NCBI GenBank assembly: GCA_033762115.1
Contig: JANRLX010000063.1
Coordinates: 1-18,814, forward strand
DNA from: Verrucomicrobiota bacterium
Lineage (GTDB): Bacteria; Verrucomicrobiota; Verrucomicrobiia; Limisphaerales; SXQI01
Reading direction: 5' to 3'
DNA: 18,814 nucleotides
Positions 17,967 to 18,814 of this stretch are shown here, piece by piece (position 1 is the first letter of the stretch; the number at the start of each line of letters is the position of its first letter). The position numbers and the translations under genes were made by a program. Below the pieces are notes generated by a model. That model saw only the letters and a list, made by a program, of their open reading frames with translations. It searched no databases and was not told the origin of the DNA.

Positions 17967-18305
17967 ATGGATATCAAACCGATCTTAAAAAGAAAAATCC
18001 CACGTCTGGAAAATGAGCTTACTTTAGGGCTTGTAAGCATTCCGATTTGTTTTATACCATTGGGAGATGTTTATAAATGGCTACTCGGTGGGCGCGGCGC
18101 TTCTAAATTAGAACTGTATATTATGTTAGTTTTAATAAGTGGAGCTTGGGTGGCATTTCTCAGCATTTGGTCGCGACGGGTTCGAAAGCTGCTTTATTGT
18201 CCTCAATGTAGGCAATCCTTTTCATTTTCAGAGGCCAAAGCGCTGATAAAGGGGAACATGCTGCATTCTTGCGGTGAATTTACGGAAAACGAGAAAAGGC
18301 GGTGA
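17967..18305 (+). CDS. Putative cognate immunity protein, 112 aa, with two hydrophobic helices and a CPQC...HSC Zn-ribbon-like tail
   Basis: ATG 1 nt after the rhs TGA (17963-17965), in the frame of the 17904 ORF. It is AT-richer than the preceding rhs core and occupies the canonical immunity position. Confidence 0.75.
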   Translation: MDIKPILKRKIPRLENELTLGLVSIPICFIPLGDVYKWLLGGRGASKLELYIMLVLISGAWVAFLSIWSRRVRKLLYCPQCRQSFSFSEAKALIKGNMLHSCGEFTENEKRR

Positions 18306-18814
18306 CGATCACCAACACTTACGATGATCTTGGCCGGATCAAGAGCAGCACCAGTGTGGGTGCAGGAACGGTGACCTACAATTACACTGCTCGCGGCATC
18401 ACCAATGTGGTTGATGCGCTCGGAAAAACCAATTGGTTTGTGTTTAATGAATTGGAGCGAAAAACGTCCGAAACCAACGCGATTGGAGAGCGGATTGAGT
18501 ATAGTTACAATGAAGCTGGTGATTTGCGGACGCTCAAGGATGGGAAAGACCAGCTTACCTCCTGGGGTTACGATTCCGAAGGACGGGTGACGAGCAAGAC
18601 CAATGCGGCCAGTGTGGAAATCTTCCGTTACAAATATGATGCCAACGGGCAGTTGACCAATCGTTGGACTGCGGCGAAGGGGGACACCTGGTACACTGTC
18701 AATGCCGGTGGGAACATCACCCTGGTCAATTATACGAACAGCACGGACATTCAGATGGGGTATGACGCGCTGAATCGTTTGACCAACATGGTCGATGCGG
18801 TGGGGACAAGCGTT
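18302..18814 (+). CDS. Orphan, N-terminally truncated RHS/YD-repeat cassette (3'-truncated by the window)
   Basis: Hand translation from GTG 18302, which overlaps the upstream stop as GTGA: VTITNTYDDLGRIKSS...YSYNEAGDLRTLKDGKDQLTSWGYDSEGRVTSKTN...YKYDANGQLTNRW...GYDALNRLTNMVDAVGTSV. It is open for 171 codons to the window end, with an in-frame TGA upstream at 18275-18277. It is absent from the ORF track. Confidence 0.88.
   Translation, partial: MTITNTYDDLGRIKSSTSVGAGTVTYNYTARGITNVVDALGKTNWFVFNELERKTSETNAIGERIEYSYNEAGDLRTLKDGKDQLTSWGYDSEGRVTSKTNAASVEIFRYKYDANGQLTNRWTAAKGDTWYTVNAGGNITLVNYTNSTDIQMGYDALNRLTNMVDAVGTSV

Noticed and set aside
18405..18590. 61-aa + strand ORF
   Set aside because: It is out of frame within the clear YD-repeat reading frame that starts at 18302.

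Overview
The window has two parts, and the gene content suggests a PVC-superphylum bacterium, probably Verrucomicrobia (inference). Left part (1-8108): the 3' end of a CRTAC1/ASPIC-UnbV FG-GAP protein on +, converging on five minus-strand genes. These encode a DUF1080+ThuA-like protein, a carbon-nitrogen hydrolase, a Gfo/Idh/MocA oxidoreductase, IlvB and an FAH-family protein. ilvB is preceded by a complete attenuator that the ORF track misses: a promoter, a 26-aa Val/Leu-rich leader peptide, an antiterminator and a terminator. A 900-bp intergenic region holds 10-bp-phased GTGGGA repeats and a ~165-bp MITE-like element. Right part (9016-18814): a tightly coupled + strand polymorphic-toxin locus. 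It encodes a 993-aa secreted protein of unknown function, a 1987-aa signal-peptide-bearing RHS protein with a hydrophobic C-terminal toxin, a 112-aa membrane/Zn-finger immunity candidate, and an orphan RHS cassette that runs off the window. No T6SS genes are visible in the window. The exported domains show a strong, directional Thr-Asn dipeptide bias that is absent from the toxin tip.
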